Source: Candidatus Latescibacterota bacterium (GTDB lineage Bacteria; Latescibacterota; UBA2968; GCA-2709665). From it: DNA of 64,000 nt. The position numbers and the translations under genes were made by a program. Position 1 is the first letter of the stretch; each line of letters starts with the position of its first letter. Of this stretch, positions 38,458 through 48,464 are shown one piece after another. The stretch is taken from assembly GCA_965237675.1 (NCBI GenBank), contig OZ250150.1, positions 2,144,001 to 2,208,000 of the forward strand, in the 5' to 3' direction. Below the pieces are notes generated by a model. That model ran no database searches and had not been told where the DNA came from. It saw nothing but the letters and a program-made list of their open reading frames with translations.

Positions 38458-38590
38458 GGTGTATCCTTCTCGCTGGATGCCGGCGCAACCTGCCCGCCGC
38501 GCATTCATTAGGGGTTCTTGACGGCGGATATGACCGGATATGGATCCGGAGACTCTGCTGCGCCACCCGGATGAATTCCGACTCCGCCCT

Positions 38591-39943
38591 TCAATGTCCC
38601 AATCCGTTTCCCGTCAGACCGGATGTATCCACGGAGCCGTCCGTTATATTGAAAACCGAGGGATAGCGATCCGCCCATATGCCGTTGGCATCGGGGCAGT
38701 ATTGTCGCGCGTTACCCTCAATGGCCGTAACCGTGGGCACGCGCGCGGCCAGGCCCGCGGAGTGCAGAAACGAGGCGCCGGGGCAGGTGAGGTCCTGGAC
38801 GCATAGAAACATGCCGTATTTCTTCGCGGCGGCGCCCATCAACAGGGCCTGCGACTGACCCTTGCAGGTCTTGAGCGCTACACCGGAATACCCGAGGTCG
38901 CGGGCCAGCAGCAGGCTCTCGAAACCCTCAAGGGATTCGTCGATCACCACGGGCCGGATTCCGGCGGCTTCGTGCATTTTGTTCTCCGGATTGGCGCGGA
39001 GGTCACGGGCTGTGGGCTGCTCGATATACGCCACGCGTTCGAAGGCGCCACCCCTTTTTTCCCGTATTTGCGCGAGGAAGTCCAGGAGGTAGCCAACGTC
39101 GCGGCATTTCTCGTTGAAGTCCAGCGAATAGGCCCAGTCCGAGACACCGCGTTCGTCCTGTGTCCGGGCGGTGACGGCGTCGATATCGCACACGCGGCCC
39201 ACGTCCCAGGCCAGGTCGTCGCCATTGAGTTTGATTTTGAGGTGGGTCAGGCCGTCCGCGCGGATCCATTCGGGAAGGGTCTCGGGCAGGCCGTCGCCGA
39301 GACGCTGCCCAATGTCCGCGTCGGTGAGAGGATCGAGGGCGCCGACGAGGTGGTAGATCGGCATCCGCGGCTTGGGGTTCCGCAGGGTGTACCGGTCCAG
39401 ATATTCGCCCCTGAAGTCCTCGTTGAGATATCGGGCCAGGTCGTGGTTCATCCATTCGGCGGAGAGACCGTCGTAGGCGTTGATTCGGTTTACCTTTCCG
39501 TAGGCGTCGTGCAGCGCGGCGTCGATCGGGCTGGCGGTAACCAGGGTACAGAGTCTGGGAATGGGCTCCGCCAGGTTCAATTCCCCGCCGGTTTCCACGG
39601 CGAGGTCGAGAAACCGCGATTCCAGATCCGCCATGATGTCGATGGGATGCCCGCAATCCCGGTGGGAGCGTGTGTAAGCAACCATCGTTTCGCCGAGCCG
39701 GACCATCGCCTGCATCGAGTCCTCGAAGCCGACGGTCTGAGAGGGAAAGGACCAGGCATTGCCCAGGGGCATGGATCCGAACCCGGATGCCCGGGCGCCA
39801 GCCCCGTTTTCGACGTCGACGGTGACGTTCATCAGCTTGCAGTGCGTTGTCACCACGCCCCCGAATTTGAGTGGGGTACGGTAGGGGTATGCCTCAAAGT
39901 CGAGTTCGACGTTGCGGATGCGGATATCAGAGGATCTTGACAT
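38591..39943 (-). CDS. Mandelate racemase/enolase-superfamily enzyme
   Basis: HLKIKLNG, LDFNE, IEQP, IDES, ALKTCKG. Confidence 0.82.
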   Translation of the reverse strand: MSRSSDIRIRNVELDFEAYPYRTPLKFGGVVTTHCKLMNVTVDVENGAGARASGFGSMPLGNAWSFPSQTVGFEDSMQAMVRLGETMVAYTRSHRDCGHPIDIMADLESRFLDLAVETGGELNLAEPIPRLCTLVTASPIDAALHDAYGKVNRINAYDGLSAEWMNHDLARYLNEDFRGEYLDRYTLRNPKPRMPIYHLVGALDPLTDADIGQRLGDGLPETLPEWIRADGLTHLKIKLNGDDLAWDVGRVCDIDAVTARTQDERGVSDWAYSLDFNEKCRDVGYLLDFLAQIREKRGGAFERVAYIEQPTARDLRANPENKMHEAAGIRPVVIDESLEGFESLLLARDLGYSGVALKTCKGQSQALLMGAAAKKYGMFLCVQDLTCPGASFLHSAGLAARVPTVTAIEGNARQYCPDANGIWADRYPSVFNITDGSVDTSGLTGNGLGH

Positions 39944-40002
39944 AGTGGCTCCGTTGATCGGCACTTGGTGAAGTTGCCGTGCGATACCAGCTTTGTGAGT
40001 CC

Positions 40003-42684
40003 CTATCCTCCCAGGTGACGTTGCACGCCCGCCTTGAGGGCCGCATCGATGCGCGCGACGCTCTCCTCCAGGTGGGCGCGGGTCTGGCGGTCCAGCCCGG
40101 TGTTGGGGAGGACGTTCCGGATGGCGGTTGTCAGGGACACGAGGTCCGCGCGTGCCAGCGAGGAGGCGTCGGCCGGGGCGTCGCGGGGCGGTTTCACGAC
40201 CAGGGCGACGACGTGGTCAAGGTGCATGCGCTGGAGGTTTCGGCGGAAGCTGTTGACGTTGCCGCCGGATTCCAGTTCCGCCCAAATGGCCTCCCGGAGG
40301 CCGTCGAAGAGTTCCGGCATGCCGAATGCGTCCTCGCCTGCCCAGAGGTCCATGTCCTGCATTCGCCCCAACAGCAGCGGATGATACAGCGCGCTCAGAG
40401 GGCCGCGCTGGATGCTTAGAATCCGGCCGTGGATCGGATAGTCGAGGCGTTGCATGCGCCAGACCGCGCCGGTGAATCCCCAGAGGCGTTCAGGGGCGAG
40501 TTTCCGCATCAGTTCGGGGGGAAAGTTGAAGGCGTCCGGACCGAAGATGTGCACCTTGAGAAAGTCGAGCGCCTCCCGTTGCCTGGCCGCCTTGACCGGT
40601 TCGAAAGGAAGACGGTTTCCGGGGTCGCCCACGTGGTCCCGCCGGTGGTAGATACCGCCGATGTATTTGGTAATGTTGCGCGCGGCGATGAGGTATTCCG
40701 TCAGGCCCTGTCCGAATACCCTCCGCAGCTTCTGGTACCGCCTGCCGGGAACTTCGAACTCGCCCTCCATTTTCCGCCAGAGTTCCCTCGCAAGGCCGAT
40801 ACGATTCCCGTGGAAAGCCAGCGGATCGGCGCCAAGATCCCAGCGATTGACGGTCGGATCGATGCCGCGGGGCGCGCCGAAGGCGTCTTCATCCGTTCCG
40901 TAAGCGACCCTGGGGTCGGCGACCTTGGCGGCGATTTTGTCCAATTCCTTTCGTTCCGCCTCCGGGCTTTCCGCGTCGATGGGCTTGTAGGCGTATTCGA
41001 TCGCCCATTTGTCGTAGGGGCCCAGTGTCGTGGGAAAGTAGTGGCCCTGCTTTTCTCCCTCCGGCGCGATATTGGGGGGCAGGTAGTCCATCACCGAACT
41101 GGACAGGTCCTTGACGGCCTCTTTGTCCTGGAGGCGGTCCGTGGGGTGGAGGGTGCTGGCCTTGAAGTTGTGGCGCAGGCCCAGGGTGTGCCCCATTTCG
41201 TGTGCGGCGATCATGGTCAGATAATCGTTGATGAATTTCTGGCCGCCCTTCCCGGCAAGGTCGATTTCTCCCCGGACGGCCAGCAGGTTACCCGAAAAGG
41301 CGGCCTGGTGCGCAACGCCTTCCGCGTAGTCGCAGAATCCCCGCAAATAGTTCCCCGTTCGATCCTGCGCCGGCACAGGGCCGCCGGCGTCGGATACCGG
41401 ATCCACGAACTCTTCGTATTCGCGGAACATCAACCGTGGAAAATCGGCGCTGAAACGGATGCTCGCGTTGAAGAGTTCACCTGTGAGCGGGTTGGCGCGG
41501 GAGGGACCCTGGGCATATACCCTGCGCGGATTCACGAACCAGCGGACCATGTTGTAGCGCGCGTCCGCGGCATCCCAATCCGCGTCGTCCGGTTGCTGCC
41601 TGACCGCGATGGCGTCCTCGAAACCGATGCGTTCGAAGGCTTCATTCCACATCAGCAGGCCCTTCTTCAGGGCTTCCCTGTATTTCACGGGAACCGTCTT
41701 TTCCAGCCAGAAGACGATCGGCTTTGTGGGCTTCGAGAGTTTTGCCCGGGGATTCTCCTTCTGCAGGTCCCAACGTTCCACGTACCGGGTGTACGGAGTC
41801 TCCTTCTGAACCGTGTTGTAGTCCTGGTACATGGTAAGGAAATGGCCGACCCGGTCGTCTCCCAGCCTGGGTCGATAGCTCGTCCGGAGCAACGTCGAAA
41901 GGCTGTAATGGTAAACGTGCTGAAAACTGCGGGGGTCGGGGAAGGTGTACGCCTCGAATTCCGGGTTGGCCGTGTTGAAGTGGAGGACCACTTCTATTTC
42001 CGTGTTCAGCGGGAAGGATTTCACTTTTCCGAAGTAGCTGTTCTTGCCGTCGAACTTGTACTTTGCCTTGCGGTCTTTGAACGCGGCCGCCACCATGGTG
42101 AGGTCCTCGAGGAAAAAACCGCCGGCGTCCACCAGAATGCTCTTTCTCTCAGGATGGGGTTCGCTTTCTACGATTTTGGCGACGCTCAGGATGGAATTGG
42201 TGACGCTTCGCCTGACCGCATCGGCGATCGGGGCGTCCTCGTCCGCCCGGAAGTAGACGTTCTTGTGCAGGAACTGCACGTTTTTACCTACACGTTTGAG
42301 GATAAAGGGAAAACCGTAGTTCATAAAGCTGGGAATCAGGGCGGTGGCGTCGAAGAAATAGCCATCGGCCGCCTCGCGGGTGACGGCGCAAAGATAGAGT
42401 CTGTCGAACTGCCTGGGCTTGATCTCCAAATAGACCTTGGCTTCGTCGTCCTTTCGGTACACGGTAAAAAGACCCTTGACCACTTCAAAGTCCTTCGTGA
42501 CTTCCTCGAAGGTTTTCTTCTTCTTGTCTTTCTTCGCGCTCGAATCCGCCTTGGCCTTTTCGGCGTCCACTTTCGCGGTGTCGGGCGCGGTGGTGTCGGG
42601 CCTGGCCTCTTCGGCACCCACGACCAGGGCCAATATGGACGCGAAGAAAAGGTGGGAAACAACGATAACGAATTGACGCATCAT
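40003..42684 (-). CDS. Exported zinc metalloprotease (EcxA/DUF5117-DUF4953-like metzincin)
   Basis: Signal peptide, PRLGDDRVGHF, HEMGHTLGLRHNF, Met-turn SSVMDY, YDKWAIEYAY. Confidence 0.9.
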   Translation of the reverse strand: MMRQFVIVVSHLFFASILALVVGAEEARPDTTAPDTAKVDAEKAKADSSAKKDKKKKTFEEVTKDFEVVKGLFTVYRKDDEAKVYLEIKPRQFDRLYLCAVTREAADGYFFDATALIPSFMNYGFPFILKRVGKNVQFLHKNVYFRADEDAPIADAVRRSVTNSILSVAKIVESEPHPERKSILVDAGGFFLEDLTMVAAAFKDRKAKYKFDGKNSYFGKVKSFPLNTEIEVVLHFNTANPEFEAYTFPDPRSFQHVYHYSLSTLLRTSYRPRLGDDRVGHFLTMYQDYNTVQKETPYTRYVERWDLQKENPRAKLSKPTKPIVFWLEKTVPVKYREALKKGLLMWNEAFERIGFEDAIAVRQQPDDADWDAADARYNMVRWFVNPRRVYAQGPSRANPLTGELFNASIRFSADFPRLMFREYEEFVDPVSDAGGPVPAQDRTGNYLRGFCDYAEGVAHQAAFSGNLLAVRGEIDLAGKGGQKFINDYLTMIAAHEMGHTLGLRHNFKASTLHPTDRLQDKEAVKDLSSSVMDYLPPNIAPEGEKQGHYFPTTLGPYDKWAIEYAYKPIDAESPEAERKELDKIAAKVADPRVAYGTDEDAFGAPRGIDPTVNRWDLGADPLAFHGNRIGLARELWRKMEGEFEVPGRRYQKLRRVFGQGLTEYLIAARNITKYIGGIYHRRDHVGDPGNRLPFEPVKAARQREALDFLKVHIFGPDAFNFPPELMRKLAPERLWGFTGAVWRMQRLDYPIHGRILSIQRGPLSALYHPLLLGRMQDMDLWAGEDAFGMPELFDGLREAIWAELESGGNVNSFRRNLQRMHLDHVVALVVKPPRDAPADASSLARADLVSLTTAIRNVLPNTGLDRQTRAHLEESVARIDAALKAGVQRHLGG

Positions 42685-42827
42685 GCCCTCCTGGCAGGTC
42701 TATACGGATCCTCGTCTCCAGTAGGCGGGGTGATCGAGCGGCTGCTATCGGGTTGGACGCGTTGGCGCTTACCAGTGTTTCCTCAACGTGGATGGCGTGC
42801 TGTCAGGGTCCCGCCGGTTCGCCTGTG

Positions 42828-43301
42828 TCACCCGCTTTGTGCCGACCAAAGTCTCAGCAGAACCCGCACACCAAGCCCGGTTACGCACCCCGCGGCGGCG
42901 GCCGCGAAAACGACCCATCCGCCCTCCAACAATACCAGCAATACGGCGCTGATGCCGAGCGACAGACCCCAGAAGAGCCCCGCTCCAAGGCTCCAGTCCA
43001 GCAGCACCGATACAAAGCCCACGCCCATGGCCGCCGGTATGGCCGCGACAAACCCGACGATCACCCCGTCGAACGGGTCCCAATAGACTCCAGCCCCGAC
43101 TCCCAAACCCAGCACCATGCCAATGCCGGTGCTGATGTCGCTGCCCAAACCTACAATCAACCCCAACGCCAGACCCCATCCCATCCCCAATCCCAACGCG
43201 TGGAGCCAGCCGGACTGCCCGACCATAAAGTGCGAAAACGGTCCCATCAGGACAAAGGCCACTCCGAACACGAATGCCCCGTGGATGACTCTCCGCAACA
43301 C
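42828..43301 (-). CDS. Gly-rich membrane protein of unknown function
   Basis: GTG start with AGGAG upstream; several hydrophobic helices rich in GxxxG. Confidence 0.5.
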   Translation of the reverse strand: MLRRVIHGAFVFGVAFVLMGPFSHFMVGQSGWLHALGLGMGWGLALGLIVGLGSDISTGIGMVLGLGVGAGVYWDPFDGVIVGFVAAIPAAMGVGFVSVLLDWSLGAGLFWGLSLGISAVLLVLLEGGWVVFAAAAAGCVTGLGVRVLLRLWSAQSG

Positions 43302-43419
43302 CGCTGCTCCTATCCCATTTCTATTCGGTTCAATCCTGCCGACCCACGGGATAATTCGACATCGTGCGGGATGATCCCGTAGTTTGACGTGTGGTTCGGC
43401 TGAAGACAGAGACTCCGCC

Positions 43420-43863
43420 TCACCGCGTCTCCTGAACTTCGGACGGAGAGGCAGTGCTCCAGGGGCCGTCGCCGGGCCGGGAAGACGGATCGACCAACTG
43501 GTCGATCGATACGTCGAGCACGCCGGCGAGTCTGCGAAACAGGGCGAGTGTGCCGGGCTTGTGCCCGTTTTCAATCTGTGACAGGTAGCCCTTTGAAACG
43601 CCTACCAACCCGGCCAGCGAGGCCAGCGTGAACGCGCGGTGCTTTCGCCACACACGCAAGGGCGATCCACCGTCGAGGATGGCTTTCACGACTTCCCCCG
43701 GAACCGTCTCGCCCGCGTCGTCATCCGCCCAGGCCCTGTCAATGGCCGCGGAATCGTTCGCGTCTTCGAGCGTGGCGGCCATGCGGCGGTACGCGTCGAT
43801 CGGGATAACCGCATATTCGGGCTCCCCGTCCTTTACGATGATCTGCACGTGTCGTTCGTTCAT
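43420..43863 (-). CDS. XRE-family HTH antitoxin-like protein
   Basis: VQIIVKDGEPEYAVIP N-terminus; LRVWRKHRAFTLASLAGLVGVSKGYLSQIENG HTH. Confidence 0.85.
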   Translation of the reverse strand: MNERHVQIIVKDGEPEYAVIPIDAYRRMAATLEDANDSAAIDRAWADDDAGETVPGEVVKAILDGGSPLRVWRKHRAFTLASLAGLVGVSKGYLSQIENGHKPGTLALFRRLAGVLDVSIDQLVDPSSRPGDGPWSTASPSEVQETR

Positions 43864-44096
43864 CGGTAAAACCTCTACATCAAGCTGGCCCCATACATTA
43901 CACGAATGCCTGATGACTCAGATGGGCCTACCTGGATCGGCATGTCGTGGATGGATGACCTGACACGGAGGCCCGGATTTTTGAATAAATATAGTGGGAT
44001 GATGGAAGAGTACGGCAGGAAATGAGGCCTGTCATCCCCAAATGTCAGATTCGACCGGACTGTGAATGAGGTGATTTTGCGGTTGCTGAAATAAAT

Positions 44097-44168
44097 TCAC
44101 ATGGATGGACAGGATAGGCAGGATAAGAAACAGGACTTTTCAATCCTGATCATCCTGTATATCCATGT
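44097..44168. repeat. Palindromic dispersed repeat, copy 1
   Basis: TCACATGGATGGACAGGATA core, paired with downstream ATCCTG...ATCCATGT. Confidence 0.8.
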
Positions 44169-44215
44169 TTCTAACCTGCAAGCTGCATTTCATATGCTTC
44201 TCGAACTGCCGCGGG

Positions 44216-45502
44216 TTAACCGGCCCGCAGGACGTTATCGATGGCGGCGCGAACGATTTTTTCCGACCGTCCCGACACGAAGGCGTCAACCGGCTCGTAT
44301 CCGCCCTCGGCAAAAGAACTCGCCAGGGTGATGTACCCGGTCCCCAAATCCCCGTACCCCGCCACGGCGACAAAGGCGTCCGGACGGCTCGCATGCGCGT
44401 GCAGTTGGTATTCGATAAAGATCTCGCCCGGTAAATTCAACACCGCCACCCGGTCGTTGAGATGGATGCAGGTGACGGGAATGGGCCGCTCGCGGCGGCG
44501 CAGATACGTCAGCATGAGGGCGTTTTTGCTATGCATCTTGGCCCCTCTGCCCACCGACGCGATTTTCGCCAGCAGGTCTTCCTCGTCCAGATCCTCCCGC
44601 GGCGGAAGCCGCACTGGCTCAACCGTCCAGCGTATGCGTTCCAGGGGTTGCCGCGACCTGTTCTGCTCCGCTTCCACCATGGCGCTATGGATGCGCCCGG
44701 TGAACAATTCACGGTTGTCGGCCACGCCGTCGTTGTACTTGCCCGCCGTGACATTGCCCCCGCAACCGGTGAAGTATATGTGCGGCACCCCGCTTTCTTC
44801 CGTGCGGCGGTTGCGCGCGAGGCCGACGAATTCGGGCGTCACCAGCCCGGTGCCATCCATGCTGGTGGGATGGACGGCATAGTAGTGCAACAGGGCCAGG
44901 GCCGTGTCTCCCTGGTAAAAGCCGATCGTCTTGAGCATGGGGTCGATGACGCCCTCGGGAGCCGCCCGCACCTCCGGATCGGGGGTCTTGGTCCAGCGCA
45001 CTGCGGCCACTTTGCCGTCCGGGCCCATCACCCGCCGATTGGAGGCAATCCGGTCGACTTTGGCCTGCCCCACGGCAATCTCCGTGCAGGGCTGCAACCT
45101 GGTCATGGCTTCGCCGGCTGCTTGCGCCGCATGGGTCCGCACCTTTTCGGCCCAGTTGCCAGTCATAATGATATCGGGATGGCCGTGGGCGTCGAGAATG
45201 TTCTGGGCATCACGGTCGGGCCATGGGGTATCGTGGGCGTGGATGCAGTGCACGGCCACCCGCTCGGCCTCGGTTCCCACGGCCACGGCCAGCGCCTCCC
45301 GCCAGCGGTCGTAATCGCCGTTGCTCAATTCAGACCAGTCGAGGGCGCAGAGGACCATGGGTAACTCATCGTCCGGCACCAGAATCAGCCCCAGGGCAGC
45401 CAGCGGGTCCAGGATGCCTTTGGCCGGAGGATACCACCCCGCACAAAGCGGAAAGCCCAGCGGCGGCGTCACGTCGGATTGGAAAGTGGCGAGTTGGATC
45501 AT
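44216..45502 (-). CDS. Hypothetical hydrolase (neutral-ceramidase-like superfamily)
   Basis: DVTPPLG, HCIHAHDTP, HYYAVHP, FTGCGGNV, LPGEIFIEYQ, EGGYE. Confidence 0.65.
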   Translation of the reverse strand: MIQLATFQSDVTPPLGFPLCAGWYPPAKGILDPLAALGLILVPDDELPMVLCALDWSELSNGDYDRWREALAVAVGTEAERVAVHCIHAHDTPWPDRDAQNILDAHGHPDIIMTGNWAEKVRTHAAQAAGEAMTRLQPCTEIAVGQAKVDRIASNRRVMGPDGKVAAVRWTKTPDPEVRAAPEGVIDPMLKTIGFYQGDTALALLHYYAVHPTSMDGTGLVTPEFVGLARNRRTEESGVPHIYFTGCGGNVTAGKYNDGVADNRELFTGRIHSAMVEAEQNRSRQPLERIRWTVEPVRLPPREDLDEEDLLAKIASVGRGAKMHSKNALMLTYLRRRERPIPVTCIHLNDRVAVLNLPGEIFIEYQLHAHASRPDAFVAVAGYGDLGTGYITLASSFAEGGYEPVDAFVSGRSEKIVRAAIDNVLRAG

Positions 45503-45719
45503 GGCTTCTCCATAATTGGCTGGCCCCGGCATGACGTGTATGCCTGACAACTCAGATGCACCCTGTCGACACGGCATGTTCTGGATGGCTGATGCAACAC
45601 GGGGCCCCGGAATTTCGACTAAAATAGTGGGCTGATTGCAAAGTACGGCGAGAAATAAACCCTGTCAACCCGAAACATCAGATCACGATCCAGGTGAACC
45701 CGGGAACACCAAAGAATAC

Positions 45720-45739
45720 TCACATGGATGGACAGGATA
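45720..45739. repeat. Dispersed repeat, copy 2 (left arm only)
   Basis: Identical 20-mer TCACATGGATGGACAGGATA. Confidence 0.75.
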
Positions 45740-46037
45740 ACACCGGGATTCGCGTGATTATCGTGATTAACTATGATTAAACCGCAGAAAGAGACTGTAA
45801 TTGATGTGATGTTGGGATTGACCTGGAGGGGTCGACATCCCCGGCGCGGCATGCAGGCCGTAAAGTCCACGCCCTACCCTTGACCCTTTATCATTGACAC
45901 GAAACCTTAAGCAAGCACCATGAACAAACATGTATCCATTTTGCGTAGAAGTCACACTGTAAGACTCAAGAACCCTTCAATCCTGATAATCGTGTCGAAC
46001 CATGTTCCGCACCTGTAATGACCTTGTTATCCTTGCC

Positions 46038-46066
46038 TTGACAACGAACGATGGAAATACTATACT
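46038..46066 (+). promoter_or_regulatory. Near-consensus sigma70 promoter
   Basis: TTGACA-17bp-TATACT. Confidence 0.65.
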
Positions 46067-46069
46067 TAT

Positions 46070-46282
46070 GTGCACTATACCTCATACAATGGCGAAATTA
46101 TTGAAGATTATCCGGGCGATGAACCCTACCCAAGTTGTCTGATATATGGAAAAAGTGCAGATGAAGAGCCCATCCACAGTGTATGGGCTTATAGTGAGAA
46201 GAATCAAAGAGCAATATTGATTACCGTTTATCGCCCGAATCCGACACGATGGATCAATTGGCGTAACAGGAGGACTCTGTGA
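46070..46282 (+). pseudogene. DUF4258-family toxin-like gene, N-terminally truncated
   Basis: GEIIEDYP...YPSCLIYG...PIHSV...ITVYRP...W; lacks the usual N-terminal HA..RM segment; stop overlaps the next start. Confidence 0.7.
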
Positions 46283-47424
46283 TGGCGTCCTTTGACAGAT
46301 GTCCGGTGTGTGGTGGCCCGATTGTTGAGAGGGAAGTCGAGAAGGGTCTGCGAGGTGGCTTTGTAAGGGAGACCGTAAGAATGCGGACCGACGTGTGTCT
46401 GAAATGTGGGGAACGTCTTTACACGCCGGAGGCGGCACAACGGCTCGAGAATACAGGATCAGGACTAAAATCCAGGGATACGGCGGATGCCAAAAAAACG
46501 CCGCTTGGGACCAAACTGGATTACGAGGGATGGTTTCTCGGTTTTCTGGAAAAGCGTTATGATATGGTCCGGAAGAACGACACGTTTCCAGTGCTCAGGG
46601 TCACGAGCGGTGAGGAGTCCTGGAATTTATCGGCACGATCGGAGAAGAAACTCGAAGAGAAGGTCTTTCGTGACTTATCGCCAATGCATGCCGTAATGCC
46701 CCTCACTTTTGTCGCTTCCTTCAAGGCGCTCGAGATGATCTTCGAGTTGATATTTGAAGAGAATTGCGAGCTGGGCAAAATCCGAATGATCCCTTGTCAT
46801 TCCGAGGCGAAGATGGAGTTGTTTGAAAAAGAAGACGATCTCCAATTACCGACGTTTTTCGAAAGCCATGCCCATCTTTTCGCCTCTGCGAGGTCGCTTT
46901 ATTGCGAACTGCTGCCGTACCGCGACGAGGTCGTACACAGAAATAGCTTCTGTGTATCCGGAGATACATTGACGCTTTCAAATGTCAGGACGGGCGCCAC
47001 CCTCGCGCTGACCAGCAACCAGGTTGACTGTTTGGTGCGTTTCGTCCGCGCGCTTGTCCGTGCGCTGGCGGGGGAGATTGTTGTCGACGATCACAAGGAC
47101 AGGACAATTCAGTACTATCTCAGCATACTGGCGCCTTTAGTCGGTTCGGATTCATTGATGCATCGGACGCCGCAATTTGTGCATGTGGAACTCACCGCGC
47201 CCAGAAAAGGGCCCGCTTTCCCGGCGGATCTGAAGCTTGTGCGGGATGTGCTATCCCATACATACGAAAAACAGGAAGTCTTCTTTGACCTTAAAGTGAT
47301 CGCCATCGATGGTGACAAGATCGTTGTCAGTTGGCACTTTGCGCCGGACGAAGTGCCGGACGTGGATCTGTTGACCTTTTACGAGGAATCTCACAAGACA
47401 CACCGCGAGGAAATCGTCAGTTAA
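46279..47424 (+). CDS. YgiT/MqsA-type zinc finger fused to a ~310 aa domain with an RxxxxH motif
   Basis: CPVCGG...VCLKCGERLY at the N-terminus; RDEVVH in the C-terminal domain. Confidence 0.65.
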   Translation: MMASFDRCPVCGGPIVEREVEKGLRGGFVRETVRMRTDVCLKCGERLYTPEAAQRLENTGSGLKSRDTADAKKTPLGTKLDYEGWFLGFLEKRYDMVRKNDTFPVLRVTSGEESWNLSARSEKKLEEKVFRDLSPMHAVMPLTFVASFKALEMIFELIFEENCELGKIRMIPCHSEAKMELFEKEDDLQLPTFFESHAHLFASARSLYCELLPYRDEVVHRNSFCVSGDTLTLSNVRTGATLALTSNQVDCLVRFVRALVRALAGEIVVDDHKDRTIQYYLSILAPLVGSDSLMHRTPQFVHVELTAPRKGPAFPADLKLVRDVLSHTYEKQEVFFDLKVIAIDGDKIVVSWHFAPDEVPDVDLLTFYEESHKTHREEIVS

Positions 47425-47507
47425 GTCTTGCCCAGTGGATATTCCAAACCAAGAATTCAGTGTGGACGGGATGTGATTCGGGTGAACGTGGGATTGCAGA
47501 AAACCAT

Positions 47508-47579
47508 TCACATGGATGGACAGGATACACAGGATAGGTAACACGACGCTTCAATCCTGTGCATCCTGTGCATCCATGT
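47508..47579. repeat. Palindromic dispersed repeat, copy 3
   Basis: Same 20-mer plus right arm TCAATCCTGTGCATCCTGTGCATCCATGT. Confidence 0.8.
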
Positions 47580-47606
47580 TTCTTGTCGATCATGAGGGGA
47601 GTTTCC

Positions 47607-48353
47607 ATGTCCCGGAAGAGCGCCATTGAGTGGACCAACGGCACCTGGAACCCGGTTACCGGCTGTACAAAGGTCAGCGCAGGCTGCGACCATTGTTATG
47701 CCGAGCGCCTTTCCGAGCGCTTTCGAGGAGTCGCGGGGCACCCGTTCGAGAGCGGCTTTGACCTGACTCTACGACCTCAGCGCCTGGAACAACCCCTGCG
47801 CTGGCGGCGTCCACAACTCATCTTCGTCAATTCGATGAGCGATCTGTTCCACAAGGAAATTCCCACGGAGTACATCCATCGCGTATTCGACACCATGGAA
47901 CGCGCCGACTGGCACATCTACCAGGTACTCACCAAGCGCAGTTCCCTGATGCGCCGCTTTGTCGAGGAGCGTTACCCAGGCGGGCAGGCGCCATCACATA
48001 TCTGGCTGGGTGTTTCCATCGAAAACGATGCGGCGCTCACGCGGCTACGACATCTCAAAGAGACGAACGCGTCCGTCCGCTTTGTCTCATTCGAGCCCCT
48101 GCTGGGTTCGATTGGGGACGTCAATCTCGAACAAATACACTGGGTGATTGCGGGCGGGGAAAGCGGGCCAGGAGCGCGGAAGGTTCAAGCAGATTGGGTG
48201 CGTGAATTGCGGGATCAGTGTGAGGCACAAGATGTCGCTTTCTTCTTCAAGCAGTGGGGTGGGCGCACTCCCAAAGCGGGCGGCAATACGCTGGATGGAC
48301 GTCAGTGGATGGAGTATCCTGCCGTAAATGGTTCAGCTTCCAATTCGACTTAG
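47607..48353 (+). CDS. DUF5131 (phage Gp37/Gp68-like) three-Cys-motif protein, copy 1
   Basis: SAIEWT..TWNPVTGCTKVSAGCDHCYA (Cx6Cx2C), FVNSMSDLFH, LTKR, SFEPLL, GGESG, FFFKQWGG. Confidence 0.92.
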   Translation: MSRKSAIEWTNGTWNPVTGCTKVSAGCDHCYAERLSERFRGVAGHPFESGFDLTLRPQRLEQPLRWRRPQLIFVNSMSDLFHKEIPTEYIHRVFDTMERADWHIYQVLTKRSSLMRRFVEERYPGGQAPSHIWLGVSIENDAALTRLRHLKETNASVRFVSFEPLLGSIGDVNLEQIHWVIAGGESGPGARKVQADWVRELRDQCEAQDVAFFFKQWGGRTPKAGGNTLDGRQWMEYPAVNGSASNST

Positions 48354-48464
48354 ATAATGCGATCATACGCTTGGGTAGATTTCCCACTCTCTTTGCTGCG
48401 CGGGAAGCAAAAACCCGATATCCAATAAACCGCAAGGGCAAAACGTGTCCACAAAGAGCAGGCT

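Noticed and set aside
40429-43086. 885-aa plus-strand ORF and similar long antisense ORFs (e.g. 34392-36053, 25048-26568, 31116-32462)
   Set aside because: Shadow frames opposite well-supported genes in high-GC DNA; no recognisable motifs
44097-47579. CRISPR array from the repeated 20-mer
   Set aside because: Copies are 1.6-1.8 kb apart and separated by genes; no regular spacers and no cas genes
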